From positions 7,420,773 through 7,484,772 of the forward strand of contig MU056050.1 of NCBI GenBank assembly GCA_013239625.1: 64,000 nt of DNA. Direction: 5' to 3'. The notes under the pieces were generated by a model. The model did not search any database and was not told the origin of the DNA. It was given only the letters and a program-made list of their open reading frames with translations. The translations under genes and the position numbers were made by a program. The stretch is from Lama guanicoe. Lineage: Eukaryota. Numbering within the stretch: the first letter of the stretch is position 1; every line of letters begins with the position of its first letter. Below, piece after piece: positions 38,868 through 51,787 of the stretch.

Positions 38868-40860
38868 TTTTTTTAAAAAGAAGCTTTATTTATGTGTAAT
38901 TGATAAAAAATTTCAACGTATTTAATGTATACATTTTGATGAGTTTGGGCATAGACATATACCCATGATACCATTTCCATAATCAAGGCACTGAACGTAT
39001 ACATCACCTCCAAAAATTTCCTTTTGTTCTTTTGTGGCTTTTCATGTGTGTGTGTGTTAAGAACATTTAATATGAAATCTATCCTCAACATATTTTACAA
39101 TGCACAATACTGTATTTTTAACTATAGGCACTATGTTGTAAGTCTAGAACTTACTCATCCTAAAACTAAAACTATACCTATAGAACAACTCCCATTTCCT
39201 CCTCTCCCTAGCCCCTGGCAAACCATTCTCCTCTCTGCTTATGTGAGTTTGACTATTTTAGATACCTCATATAAATGGAATCATGCAATATTTGTCTACC
39301 TGTGTTTTGCTTTATCACTTAGTATAATGTCCTCTATGTTCATCTATGTTGTCACAAATAGTAGGATTTCCTTCTTTTTTAAGGCTGAATAATGTTTTAC
39401 ATATATATGTAAATATATCATACCAAATATATATGTATATATAAAAATATGTCAATATATCTATTTTAAATTTTTGAAGGAACTTCCATATGTTTTTTCA
39501 TAGTAGCTGCACCATTCTCTATTTCCACCAACAGAGTATAAGTTCCAATTTCTCCACATCCTTGCTGACACTTTTTTAACTGATATTTTCCTTCCAGTTT
39601 TATTGAGATATAATTGAAATACAGGACTGTATAAGTTTAAGGTGTACAGCATAATGATTTGACTTATATACATCATGAAATGATTACCACAGTAAGTTTA
39701 GTGGCCATCCATTACCTCATATAGATACAACATTAAAGAAATAGAAAAAAATTTTCCTTATGATGAGACCTCATCATGTATTCTTTTTTTTCCTTAGAGC
39801 AAACAAGTTGCATTGATTGATTGATTGATTGCCATATAGTTGATTTACAATATTGTCTTAGTTTCAGGTATACAACAAAGTGATTCAGTTATTTTTTCAG
39901 ATTATATTTTGTTAAAGGTTATTATATGATATTGAATGTAACTTCCTGTATTATACAGTAAATCCTGTTGCTTATCTATTTTATATATGGTAGTTTATAC
40001 CTGTTAATCCTATACCTCTAATTTGTCCCTCCCTCTCCCCTTGATGGCACTTTTATGTGGAGTCTAAAAATAATACAAATGTATCTATATACAAAACAGA
40101 AACAGACTCTCAGACGTAGAAAACAAAGTTATGGTTACCAAAATGGAGAGGATTTACTTTCTTAACAACTTTCATATATAACATTCAGCAGTGTTAATTA
40201 TATTGATCATATTGTATATTACATACCTAGTACTTATTTATCTTATAACTGAAAGTTTGTTCCTCTTAACTACCTTCATCTAATTTTCCTCTGCTGCCCC
40301 TCCCCTGTACCTCTGGTAACCAGAAATCTTATCTCTTTTACTATGATTTTATTTTTGAAGTATAATTGACCTACAACACTATTTGTATTTCTGGTGTACA
40401 ACATAGTGATTCTCTATTTCTGTACATTTCAAAACGATCACCACCATAAGTTTCATTACCATGTCACCATACAAAGATATTACATAATTATTGGCTATAT
40501 TCTCTATGCTCTACATTTCATACCCATGACTGTTTTATTTTGTAACAGGAAGTTTGTACCTCTTAATCTCCCTCACCTATTTGTCTCCTCCTCCCATCTC
40601 TTTCCCCTCTGACAATCACCTGTTTGTTGTCTGTATTTGTAACTGTTTCTGTTTTGTTATGTTTGATCATTTGTATTGTACTTTACATTCCAAATATATG
40701 TGAAATCATACAGTATTTGTCTTTTCTCTGTCTGACTTATTTCACCTAGTATAATACCTTCCATGGTCCATCTATGTAACAAATGGCAAGATTTCATTCT
40801 TTTTTATGGCCGAGTAATATTCCATTGTATAAATATATATCACATCTTTACCAATTCATT
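38868..40860 (-). mobile_element. Nested stack of L1MA-type 3' ends
   Basis: Successive antisense L1 3' termini begin at ~38870, ~39585, ~39790 and ~40345. Confidence 0.8.
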
Positions 40861-40988
40861 TATTTTATTTTATTTTTTTAAAATTTTTTATTGAGTTATT
40901 TTTTTTAGCTTTAAAACTTTTCTATTTATTCTTGAGACTTGGTATTTCACTAAATATACACAAAAGTATATTTGTATGATTTACACTG

Positions 40989-41970
40989 TTTTGTTTTTTT
41001 TTAACATTTTTTATTGATTTATAATCATTTTACAATGTTGTGTCAAATTTCAGTGTTCAGCACAATTTTTCAGTCATTCATGGACATATACACACTCATT
41101 GTCACATTTTTTTCTCTGTGAGTTATCATAACATTTTGTGTATATTTCCCTGTGCTATACAGTGTAATCTTGTTTATCTATTCTACATTTGCCTGTCAGT
41201 ATCTACAAATTTCGAACTCCCAGTCTGTCCCTTCCCACCCCCTGCCCCCTTGACAACCACAAGTTTGTATTCTATGTCTATGAGTCTGTTTCTGTTTTGT
41301 ATTTATGCTTTGTTTGTTTGTTTGTTTGTTTTAGATTCCACATATGAGCGATCTCATATGGTATTTTTCTTTCTCTTTCTGGCTTACTTCACTTAGAATG
41401 ACATTCTCCAGGGACATCCATGTTGCTGCAAATGGCATTATGTTGTCGGTTTTTATGGCTGAGTAGTATTCCATTGTATAAATATACCACATCTTCTTTA
41501 TCCAGTCACCTGTTGATGGACATTTAGGCTGTTTCCATGTTTTGGCTATTGTAAATAGTGCTGCTATGAACATTGGGGTGCAGGTGTCATCCTGAAGTAG
41601 ATTTCCTTCTGGATACAAGCCCAGGAGTGGGATTCCTGGGTCATATGGTAAGTCTATTCCTAGTCTTTTGAGGAATCTCCACACTGTTTTCCATAGTGGC
41701 TGCACCAAACTGCATTCCCACCAGCAGTGTAGGAGGGTTCCCCTTTCTCCACAGCCTCTCCAGCATTTGTCATTTGTGGATTTTTGAATGACGGCCATTC
41801 TGACTGGTGTGAGGTGATACCTCATTGTAGTTTTGATTTGCATTTCTCTGATAATTAGTGATATTGAGCAGTTTTTCACGTGCCTATTGATCAATTGTAT
41901 TTCTTCCTTGGAGAATTGCTTGTTTAGGTCTTCTGTCCATTTTTGGATTGGGTTGTTTGTTTTTTTTTTT
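40989..41970 (-). mobile_element. Young 5'-truncated L1 with intact ORF2 C-terminus
   Basis: ORF 41331-41894 encodes the L1 ORF2 cysteine-rich end ([31 protein letters not shown]). Poly(T) at the left end. Confidence 0.95.
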
Positions 41971-42009
41971 CTGAAATGAAACTGATGTTTGTATCTATTT
42001 AAAGTTTTA

Positions 42010-44105
42010 TCAGAGTTTAGGGGTTACTGATGACCAGGTTAAGACTTACTATGAAGAAAGTTTTAGGGCTAAGATAAGAGTATAAACATGTTTCTCAGGT
42101 TGGCTGCTGATGTTACATGTCAGTCTACAAATAAAGTTAGTGTGAGAATGGACAACACATAGGATCCAGTCTGTGTTTAGATTTAGAGACTCAGGCTGCA
42201 ACCAGGGATTTGGGCTCAGGCTGTCCTAAGGTTTGAGTTCAGAGTGTTTATGTCCTGTTGTCAGTTCAGGACTTAGACTCTGGCTGGTGTAGCAGCCATT
42301 CTGGTATCAGTAGTAGAGTTCAGCCTGTGCTAATTTTTAGTGCCCCTACCATGCCCAGTGTCATGGGTACATCTCTCCCCAGTTTAGGGCTAGGATTGTG
42401 GCCAGACTGATTGCTCAATCTCAAGCTAGTGCTCAGACTCAATATAGTGAACTTTGTTTATGGGGTTTAGAATCAATCTGTGACAAAGGTTAGTATTCAG
42501 TCTTAGCCTGTTGTTAGGTCTAATGATATGAGGAGGGTTTTGATTTAACCTTATAGTGTTAGGAATTATTCCTTAGCCAGGCTTGGGATTCAGTGTTTGG
42601 GTCTCAGATTGTGGACGGGATTTACAGTCTTCTTCCCAGCGCAGTGCTCAGAATGTGCCCAGGAATAGGGCTGCCTTTGCCATGGTGAGTTGCATCTGTG
42701 TTCAGGGTTAGAATTATTCTCTTGTTAAGTTTTAGGCAAAGACTATGAAAAATATTTTTTATTTGTTTTGTCCTTAATTCGTGTTCAAGGTTTGCATTCA
42801 GTTTTTGCCCAGTTTTGGTGAACAGTTCAGTTTCTGATATTGACAATTGGTCTGTGGCTAAGGTTAGCGTTAAAACTGTGGTTGGAGTTGGGATTCAGTC
42901 TGGGGCTAGCATTTAGCCAGAGATAAGGTTCAGTCTACTTCAGAGATTCAGGATCAGTCATTAGCCACTTGGGGAGCATCAGTTTTATTTTCAGGTTGAA
43001 AAATCAGGCTGAAGGTTAGTCTTATGAGCTCAATCTGTGATGACAGGTAGGAATTCAGTCTGTGACAGGAAACTGAGTTTGTAAGCAGTTAGAGGCTTTA
43101 AGATTCAGGGGCAAAATGAGTGGCCAGTGGTCTGTCCCAGGTTCAGTGGATTATACATGGGCAGATTTATGAACTCAGTATCTGACCCAGTTTAGAACCT
43201 GAGCTTTGAACAGAGTTAAATCTCAGGCTGTGGCTATGTTCAGGATTCTATCTGTGATCAGGATTAGGGCATATGATTTGGTTGGAATATATCCTCAAGT
43301 TTTGAAGAAGATTTGGTTTCACTTCTTGGCCAAGATTAAGGCACAGTCTTTGGCCAAGTTTAGAGTTCAGTCTCTGTACATGTTTTTGTTTCTGTGTGAG
43401 GCCAAGTTTAGTAGTCATTCTGTTGCCAATGTTGGGATCATTTTCTGGTTAGTGCTAAGTCGGTGGAAATTGTAGCTGGGTTGGTTTCCAAGATCGGATC
43501 TCAGGCTGTGACCAAGTTAGAGCCTCAATCTGTGGTCAGGGTTAGAGCCTAGTCAGTATGTATGCTGAGCACTCATTTTGTGGTCAGTGGAGGATATTAA
43601 GTATATCCTAGAGTTAGGTCACAGTCTGTAGCTCAAGCTTGAGACTCACCCTGGGACAGGTTTAGAGGCTATTGTCTGATCATAGGCTGGATCTCTGTCT
43701 CGTGAATTAATGGCTTATCAGTGGCCATAGTTAGGATTCAATAGGAGATCTAGGTTAGAGACTAAGTCCGGGACCAGACATAACTACTTACTCTTGAACC
43801 AGACATAGGCAGTGAGTATGTGACTAGATCGAGGGACTCAATAAGAATTAAGGTCTTGGAGTATGGCCCAAAAGGGGCTCAGTCTATGAATATAATTAAG
43901 GTCTCCATCTGGGACCAGGGTTAAGGGCTCAGTCTGAAATTAGGGTTAAGTCTCCAAGTCGAGTTAGGTACTCAGGCTATGTCTTGGGTTAGGTATTTGG
44001 TTGGGGCCCAGGGTTAAACACAGAAACTGTATTCAGTGTTGGTAACTTCATCTGTAACCAGACTTAAGAGATCTGCTCCTCAGTCTGTGGTCAGTGGTAG
44101 AGGTT
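42010..44105 (+). repeat. Degenerate 24-bp tandem array, block 2
   Basis: Recurring GGTTAG..CTCAGTCTGTG motifs, e.g. CCAGGGTTAAGGGCTCAGTCTG at ~43915. The 8-residue rhythm of ORF 43206-43475 agrees. Confidence 0.8.
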
Positions 44106-45567
44106 TGTTAATTATATCTGAATAAAGTTGTAAGATTAAAAAAAAGAGGATTCCTGCAAATGAAATAGCAGGCGTGATGTGGGGGAGGAACCATGGAAAA
44201 AGGCTGATAGTGAATCAGGACCAGCAATGTCCTTGCTGTCTCAGAATTTTATGCTTCAGAGGGGCAGCACAAGCACATGGGACTGAAGGGAAAGGAAAGA
44301 ACTGGTCAAGAGGGAGCTGGTACCACAGGGAAATGGATGCGTGCTTCTTGAAAGAGAGAAACTTTTACAAGTTGTCTGGGTGGAAGTAGTGCAAGTTGGA
44401 AAAATTTGCAAAGGATAGAAACTCCCATTTGCTAAGTTCTTCCATCACCTCCTTTGTGCCAGTAATGGGCTTTCCTGAGCACCCTTTCTAAAGTATTCCC
44501 CCACCTTTCCCCACATTACACTGATCTCCATTGTGTCATACTGCCATATGCTCAATAGATATATGTGAATGCCTGCACATATGTTTGTTTTCACTTACAT
44601 TCTCCCATTGAATCTTCATGACCATCCTTTATTATGTCTTCTTATACCATTATACAGATGAGGAAACCAGTTAAGCCAGTGAAGAGACTAAAAGGGTCAC
44701 ACAGCTAGCAAATACAGAGCCAGGTTTCAAATCCAGTTTTACTCTGTGCTATGCTCTCTGCACACTATCACTTGGCCTGTATTAAGTTTGTAAGTTTTAT
44801 ATCTGACCCTCACCCCTTTACTTTATAAACTTTGTTTCATTTAATTCTTATAACAACTCTGTAAATTGGTTCATGTAATTATGATTCCCTTTCTACAGTG
44901 GATGAAGCATGTTCAGAGAGGTTAGATGATTTTTCTCAAAATCACACAGCTAATAGCTGGCAGAGCTGAGATAAGAGCTTAAATATGTCCAACCCTCAGT
45001 TGAAGTTCTTCCTGGTTTGTCATGCTACCTCAGAATACCTCAGCTTCCAGGAATGACTCTAAGAATGGCTTTTTATGGACATTGTAGACTTTAGTGTAGG
45101 CTGATTTAGGGAAGGATTTAGTGGTAGGAATATGTTAGGCTTCCACAATGCCATTTGCTGCAGTGATTTGAACCTGTGAGAGATTGAGAGTGCACAGAAG
45201 AAGGCAAACCATAAGCTCCACAGGGTAGATGTAGTTGTAGGGCACCCTCTCCATGAGAATCAGTGAGTGTAAAATGAGAATTACTGATGATGTGTTATGC
45301 ATATGACGAGTATAGGAATGGAAGAAAGGTAGGTAGTCACTGAAGGAGGCCTCCATATTTTTGTCTATGCCCAAGGACCAGCCCTGCCACCTGTATTTCT
45401 ATGAAACTTACAGCCAACTTTCCATCATTTCCACAGTCTGCTCATGACTTGTCTTATTTACATTGTATCAAGCATCCACATCTTCCCCTAGGGAGTTTAC
45501 CTACTGAGGTCAAGAGGGATTGATTATGTTTCTGCCTTCAGTATGGCTAAGTAAGCCACTACTGAAC

Positions 45568-45729
45568 CTGTGAGACCAAAATAATCACAATGAGAGTCCT
45601 AGAAGAGAAAAGAGAGAGCAAAGGGTAGAAAGAATACTAGAGGCAATAATGGCTTAAAACTTCCCTAATTTAATGAAATACAGGAATGTATACATTCAGA
45701 TACTCTGCAAACTCCAAATAGAATAAAAA
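45568..45729 (+). mobile_element. Old L1 ORF1-region fragment
   Basis: GAGTCCTAGAAGAGAAAAGAGAG ... AATAATGGCTTAAAACTTCCCTAATTTAATGAAA. Confidence 0.6.
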
Positions 45730-45812
45730 ATTTTTAACATTTTTTATTGATTTATAATCATTTTACAATGTTGTGTCAAATTCCAGTGTAGAACACAATT
45801 TTTCAGTTATAC

Positions 45813-45897
<85 letters not shown>

Positions 45898-45983
45898 TTG
45901 TCACATTTTTTTCTCTGTGAGCTACCATAAGATCTTGTATGTATTTCCCTGTGCTATACAGTATAATCTTGTTTATCTATTCT
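45730..45983 (-). mobile_element. Young L1 3' end, same family as 40989-41970
   Basis: AACATTTTTTATTGATTTATAATCATTTTACAATGTTGTGTCAAA is identical to the start at ~41003. Confidence 0.9.
45817..45894. repeat. (AT)39 microsatellite
   Basis: Read directly from the sequence. Confidence 0.95.
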
Positions 45984-46689
45984 TCATTTTGATAGAACAA
46001 AATTAAAGAGGCCACTTTCCTTTTCTGTTTTTTTTTAAATTTTCCAGCTTTATTGGGGTGTGATTGACAGATAAAAAATATAAGATATTTAAAGTGTATA
46101 ACCTGATGGTTTGATATACAAGTTAACATATCAATCACCTCATATATTTACCCCTCCCTCCCTCTCACTCCTTCTCTCCCTTCCTCTCCCTTCTTCCCTC
46201 CCTCCCTCCCTCCCTCTGTTTCTTTAGTGAGGAATATCTAAGTTCTACTCTCTTAGCAAATTTTGTTGATACAATCCAATGTACTTTTCAATGCTATGGT
46301 TGACACGTATTCTTTGGTTATAGTATAGTACCTTTCTCCAGGTAAAATCTTGTGCATGAATTCAATGCATTAAAAAAGCACATTAAGACTGCTTTGCTCT
46401 AATGTTTCCTGATGCCACTCATGGTCATCACTTGGCCATGGTGTATGTAGTACTTCTATCCCAAGATCATGTTTTCTGCATGTATAGTGGACAAAACTTC
46501 GCCTTAAGTGATCCACAACCCTACACTCAAAGTGCTGTGCACTTCAGGGGCTTCAGGTTGGAGGACAAGTGCTACCTCTGGCTAGAAAAAGTGAAGGCTG
46601 GGCCTCTAACCCAACCAAGGAGGCTTCAGCATGGCCTCATTAGTGGGTCTCACTACTTTTCTTAGTTCTCCTCCTTGTCCTACCTGACC

Positions 46690-46998
46690 ATGGACTGTGA
46701 TCCATTATCTAATTCCAAAATTCAGTAATCTCTAAAAGCCAAAAGTTTTTATAATTTTGTCACCAAAACTCAATAGGTAGCAAAACTTGACCTGAATTGA
46801 TATGAGGCTATGTATAGTCTTTATTTAACCTGTTTATGTGACTTATCCATTTCACTATGAAATACTAATGTGTTTGTAACAGGGGTGTTATATAATATGC
46901 CATATATTCACTGTATTGCCTATCTAAAAGAACCCAAATTCTGAATTTCAGAAAATGTCAGACGCTAAGGGTTTTGTATTAGGAATTGGCGGCATGCA
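46690..46998. mobile_element. TcMar-Tigger MITE (MER46C-like)
   Basis: GCAAAACTTGACCTGAATTGATATGAGGCTAT ... TTCTGAATTTCAGAAA resembles the recalled consensus. Confidence 0.55.
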
Positions 46999-48249
46999 TA
47001 TTCTTTCCTCCTTGCTGTCTCATTATAATGTCACCTTCCTCACTTTATCCCACACCTGGCAACCTCTTCCAGGGCCAGGGAGTGACAACACTGGATTTTT
47101 TCCCTTTACTTTTACCCTATGTGTGTCTTTTTGTTTAAAAGTAGGTTTCTTGTAGAGAACGTAATTGTGTCTTACTTTTTTATTCAGTGTGAAAAATCTG
47201 TCTGTTAAGTGGTATATTTTGACAACTTTCCCTTAATGTAATTATTGATATGATTTGCTTGAAACACACCATCTTGTTAGCTGTTAGCTGTTTTGTATTT
47301 ATTCTATTTCTTCTTTGACTTAAGTTTTTATACTTTTAAAAAATTGAGCATTTTATTCCATTTTACCTCTACTATTGGCTTTTAATTTGTACCTCTTTTA
47401 AGGAATTTAGTGGTTTCCCAGAGTTTATAATATACATCTTTAATTAATTGGGATCTATAATAGAAATAAAATAAAAATTTTCCTAGAAACAAATTCAAAA
47501 CAAAATGTGAAAAACCTTTACAAAGTATTTACCTAGACCCAAAAAACTGAATGTAATAACTTGAAACAGTGTCCATACCTAGATCTAATATAGTATGTGG
47601 TGCTTTCATAATTTATACATGTATAAAGTTGACAATAGTGTAGACCTCGCCTAGATAAGGGTCTCTTATTCCTTTCCTGACTACCCTATATGCCACCCTG
47701 GCTTATATATATAAGGCTTGGCTTGAAAGTGAGAAATTCAGCTTTCAGAACAATTTTTTTTGCAGTGAAGTTGTATATCATAAAATAAATAATGATAAGT
47801 TAAATTACTATGACAGGGGAGGAAGTGCTAAGCAAAATAATATCTTTCTCTTTTTTTTCTATCCCAGTTTCATATCCAAAAACATATTCTTCCACACCAT
47901 ACTGACAAACTCTCCAGGGTCCTTCACCTAAAGACCCACTTGTAATCCAGATAGAAACAGGGTCTGGATGCTAAGCTCAAAACCTGATGATTACTACTAC
48001 TACACTAACATTGGGTACAACTTGTCAAGTTCTTTTTCTAAGACTTAGAATCCAAGCTCTTTAAATGTGTTGGCTCATTTAACCTTTATAAGAGTCTTAT
48101 GAAATGGGCACTGTTGTTATTATCATCTCAATTTTATAGATGAAGAAACTAAAGCAAGAGCAATTGAGTAACTTATTCAAGGCCACACAACTAAGGATTA
48201 GCCAAGCAAAGATCTTGATATATGTTGTGCCTTTTTACCCTTTCACTTT

Positions 48250-50403
48250 CTTTTTTTAATTGAAGTATAGTTGATTCACAATGTTTCAGGTGTACAAGAG
48301 AGTGATTCTGTTATGTATATTATATATATATGTATTATTTTTCAGATTCTTTTCCATTATAGGTTATTATAAGATATTGAATTTCCCTGTGTTATGCAGT
48401 AGGCCCTTGTTGGCCTTATTTTATATATGTTAATCCAAAACTCCTATTTTATCCCTCTTCCCCTTTCCCCTTTGGTAATGATAGGTTTGTATTCTGTGTC
48501 TGTAAGACTGTTTCTGTTTTATAAATGAGTTCATTTGTATCAATTTTTTTAGGTTCCACAAATAAGTGATACCATATATTTGTCTTTCTCTATCTGACTT
48601 ACTTCACTTAGTATAATAATCTGTAGGTCCATCCATGTTGCTGCAAATGGCATTGTTTCATTTTTATGGCTGAGTATATTCCACTGTATATATATATTTT
48701 ATATATATATATGTGTGTGTGTGTATGTATATGTGTATATATATATATATCCCTATATATATATATATACCATGTCTTCTTTATCTATTAATCTGTCAAT
48801 GGGCATTTAGGTTGTTTCCATGTCTTGGCTATTGTAAATAGTGCTGCTATGAACATTGGGATGCATGTATCCTTTTGAATCAGAGTTTTCTCCAAATATA
48901 TGCACAGGAGTAGGATTGCTGGATCATATGGTAATTATTTTTAGTTTTTTAAGGAACCTCTGTACTGTCCTCCACAGTAGTTGCACCAATTTACATTCCC
49001 ACCAAAGTGTAGTTCCTTTTTCTCAACATCTTCTCCAGCATTTATTATTTGTAGACTTTTTAATAATGGTCATTCTGACAGGTGTGAAGTGATACCTTAT
49101 TGTAGTTTTGATTTACATTTCTCTAATAATTAGTTATGTTGATCATCTTTTCATGTGCCTGTTTGCCATCTGTATGTCTTCTTTGGAGAAATGTCTATTT
49201 AGATCTTCTGCCCATTTTTTGATTGGGTTGTTTTTTTTTTGATATTAAGCTGTATGAGCTGTCTGTGTATTTTGAAAATTAATCCCTTGTCGGTCACATT
49301 GTTTGCAAATGTTTTCTTTCATTCTCTAGGTTATCTTTTGGTTTGTTTATAATTTCCTTTGTTGTGCAAAACCTTGTAAGTTTAATTAGGTTCCATTTGT
49401 TTATTTTGTTTTTATTTCCATTACTGTAGGGGATGGATCCAAAAAAATATTGCTGTGATTTATGTCAGAGAGTATTTTGCCTATGTTTTCCTCTAGAAGT
49501 TTTATAGTGTCTGGTCTTACATTTAGGTCTTTAATCCATTTTGAGTTTATTTTTGTATATGGTATTAGAGAGTGTTCTAATTTCATTCTTTTACATGTAG
49601 CTGTCCATTTTTCCCAGCACCACTTATTGGAAAGACGTTTTTCCCCATTGTATATTTTTGCCTCCTTTGTTATAGATTAATTGACTGTAAATATGTGGTT
49701 TATTTCTGGACTTTCTATCCTGTTCCATTGCTCTATGTGTCTGTTTTCATGTCAGTACCATACTGTTTTGATTACTGGAGCTTTGCAGCATAGTCTGAAG
49801 TCAGGGAGTGTGATTCCTTCAGCTCCATTATTCTTTCACAAGATTGTTTTGGCTCTTCAGGGTCTTTTGTGTTTCCATACAAATTTTAAAATTGTTCCAG
49901 TTCTGTGAAAAATGTCATTGGTGATTTGATAGGGATTGCACTAAATCTGTATATTGCCTTGGGTAGTATGGCCATTTTAACAATATTGAGTCTTCCAGTG
50001 CAAGAATACAGTACCTCTTTCCATTTGTTTGTGTCATCTTCAATTTCTTTCATAAGTGTCTTGTAGTTTTCAGAGTACAGGTCTTTTGCCTCCCTAGGCA
50101 GATTTATTCCTAGAGGTTTTATTCTCTTTGATGCAATGGTAAATTGGATTGTTTCCTTGATTTCTTTTTCTGATATTTCATTGCTAGTGTATAGAAATGC
50201 AACAGATTTCTATATATTAATTTTGTATCCTGCAACTTTACTGAATTCATTGAGAGCTCTAGTAGTTTTCTGATGGCATCTTTAGGATTTTCTATGTATA
50301 GTATCATGTCATCTGCAAACAGTGGCAGTTTAATTTCTTCTTTTCCAATTTGGATTCCTTTTATTTCTTTTTCTTCTCTGATTCCTGTGGCTAGGACTTC
50401 CAA
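48250..50403 (-). mobile_element. 5'-truncated L1 (~2.1 kb) with disrupted ORF2
   Basis: ORF2 peptides [15 protein letters not shown] (RT active site, 50119-50403) and [17 protein letters not shown] (49401-49586). 3' UTR and poly(T) at ~48250. Confidence 0.95.
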
Positions 50404-50752
50404 AATTTTTGCTTTCTTTTGAAATTGGCTTTTGGCATAACCTAATGAACAGACTCATAGACATTGTGAAGGGCAGCCAGCCACCCTCCACTACCAGGAT
50501 CCAGCAAGGCCAAGATATTTTTATACCCATTTTTCCTATGGAGGTAGGAATGTGGAATTCATTATGTGGATTTGTTAATGTGATGATTTGGCTGGAAAAG
50601 CAGACTCTATAGAAACTTTCCCTCACTGATCCTTAAAGACCACTCTGATGTAAAATATTATGTGTTGATGAGTATGTTTTTATTTACATGCAATCATGGG
50701 TATGCATTTACATGTGCAATTCTGTGTCAGTTAGCATGTATTAAGTATAGTA

Positions 50753-51150
50753 CATTGGTTCTTAAACTTTAATTACCTGGATAAAATCTCAAATACTTCT
50801 GGAGCCTATCCTCAAAGATTCTGATTCAGCTCAGATGGGGTGGGGTACAACAGTTTGTTATATGTATCTGAGGTGATTCTAATGCAAGTGGTTTATGCAG
50901 ACCACATTTTGAGAAACAATAACATAGCTGTTTAGAGTGAGGTCTGGAGCCAGGTTGCTAGTGTGTAGTTCTAGGCGTGGGCAAGTCAACTCGCCTCTCT
51001 TAACCTCAGTTTTCTCATCTGTGAAAAATGAATAATAGTACCTCCTCACAAGGTTGCTATGAGGATTGAGTGACATGTATTTATTTAAAGTGTGCGTCAT
51101 TTGATGTCTGACTCACCATAAGTGCTCAATAAATAGTAGCTTTTATTATT
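50753..51150. mobile_element. MER5A-type MITE (~50753-50918) followed by a plus-strand MIR (~50925-51150)
   Basis: AGATTCTGATTCAG ... GACCACATTTTGAGAAAC; CCTCAGTTTTCTCATCTGTGAAAAATG. Confidence 0.8.
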
Positions 51151-51427
51151 CCTGTAACACTGTTTATATTAATCACTACACTGGGAGGAATCTAAGACAT
51201 GGTCTCTGCCCTATAATACTTACAGTTAAGAAGAGTAAAGCACATGAAGAAACTAGAGAACATTTAAACATGTTACACTGTGGGGTGCTGACTTTAAGGG
51301 TGAGTAGTAAATAGGAATCTTGAGACTGAAGTGACTGAGAGCCAGGAAAGTCATAGCACCTTGTCAGGAGGGTTTCAGTATGACCAGTATGACTTCTAAT
51401 AATAAGGTAAGTGTAGTACTACAACTA

Positions 51428-51787
51428 CAGGCACACCTATGTGCTTCACCTTATTGTCCTTTGTAGACAATGCATATTTTACAGATTAAGGATTTGTGGC
51501 AGTACTGCATTGGGCAAGTCTGTTGATGCCATTTTCCCAGCAACATTTGCTCACCTTGTATCTCTGTATCACATCTTGGTAATTCTTGCGATACTCAAAC
51601 TTTTTCATTATTATTATATTTCTTATGGTGGTCTGTGATCAGTGATCATTGATGTTACTATTGTAATTGTTTTGGAATTTTTAGCAATAAATTATTTTAA
51701 AATTACGGTATGTAGATTTTTTAGACATAATGCTATTGCACACTTAACAGACTGAGTATGATGTAAACAAACTTTTATATGCACTGG
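51428..51787. mobile_element. Tigger1 internal-deletion derivative with one TIR missing
   Basis: TA|CAGGCACACCT start; GGTCTGTGATCAGTGATC; AGACATAATGCTATTGCACACTTAA. Confidence 0.8.

Noticed and set aside
41331..41894. 187-aa ORF as a host gene
   Set aside because: It is the C-terminus of L1 ORF2 in a 5'-truncated copy.
37325..44105. 24-bp array as a CRISPR-like repeat-spacer locus
   Set aside because: Units are contiguous and degenerate with no identical repeats, unique spacers or cas genes, and the context is mammalian.
45773..46006. ORF with a YI repeat
   Set aside because: Translation of the (AT)39 microsatellite within an L1 3' UTR.
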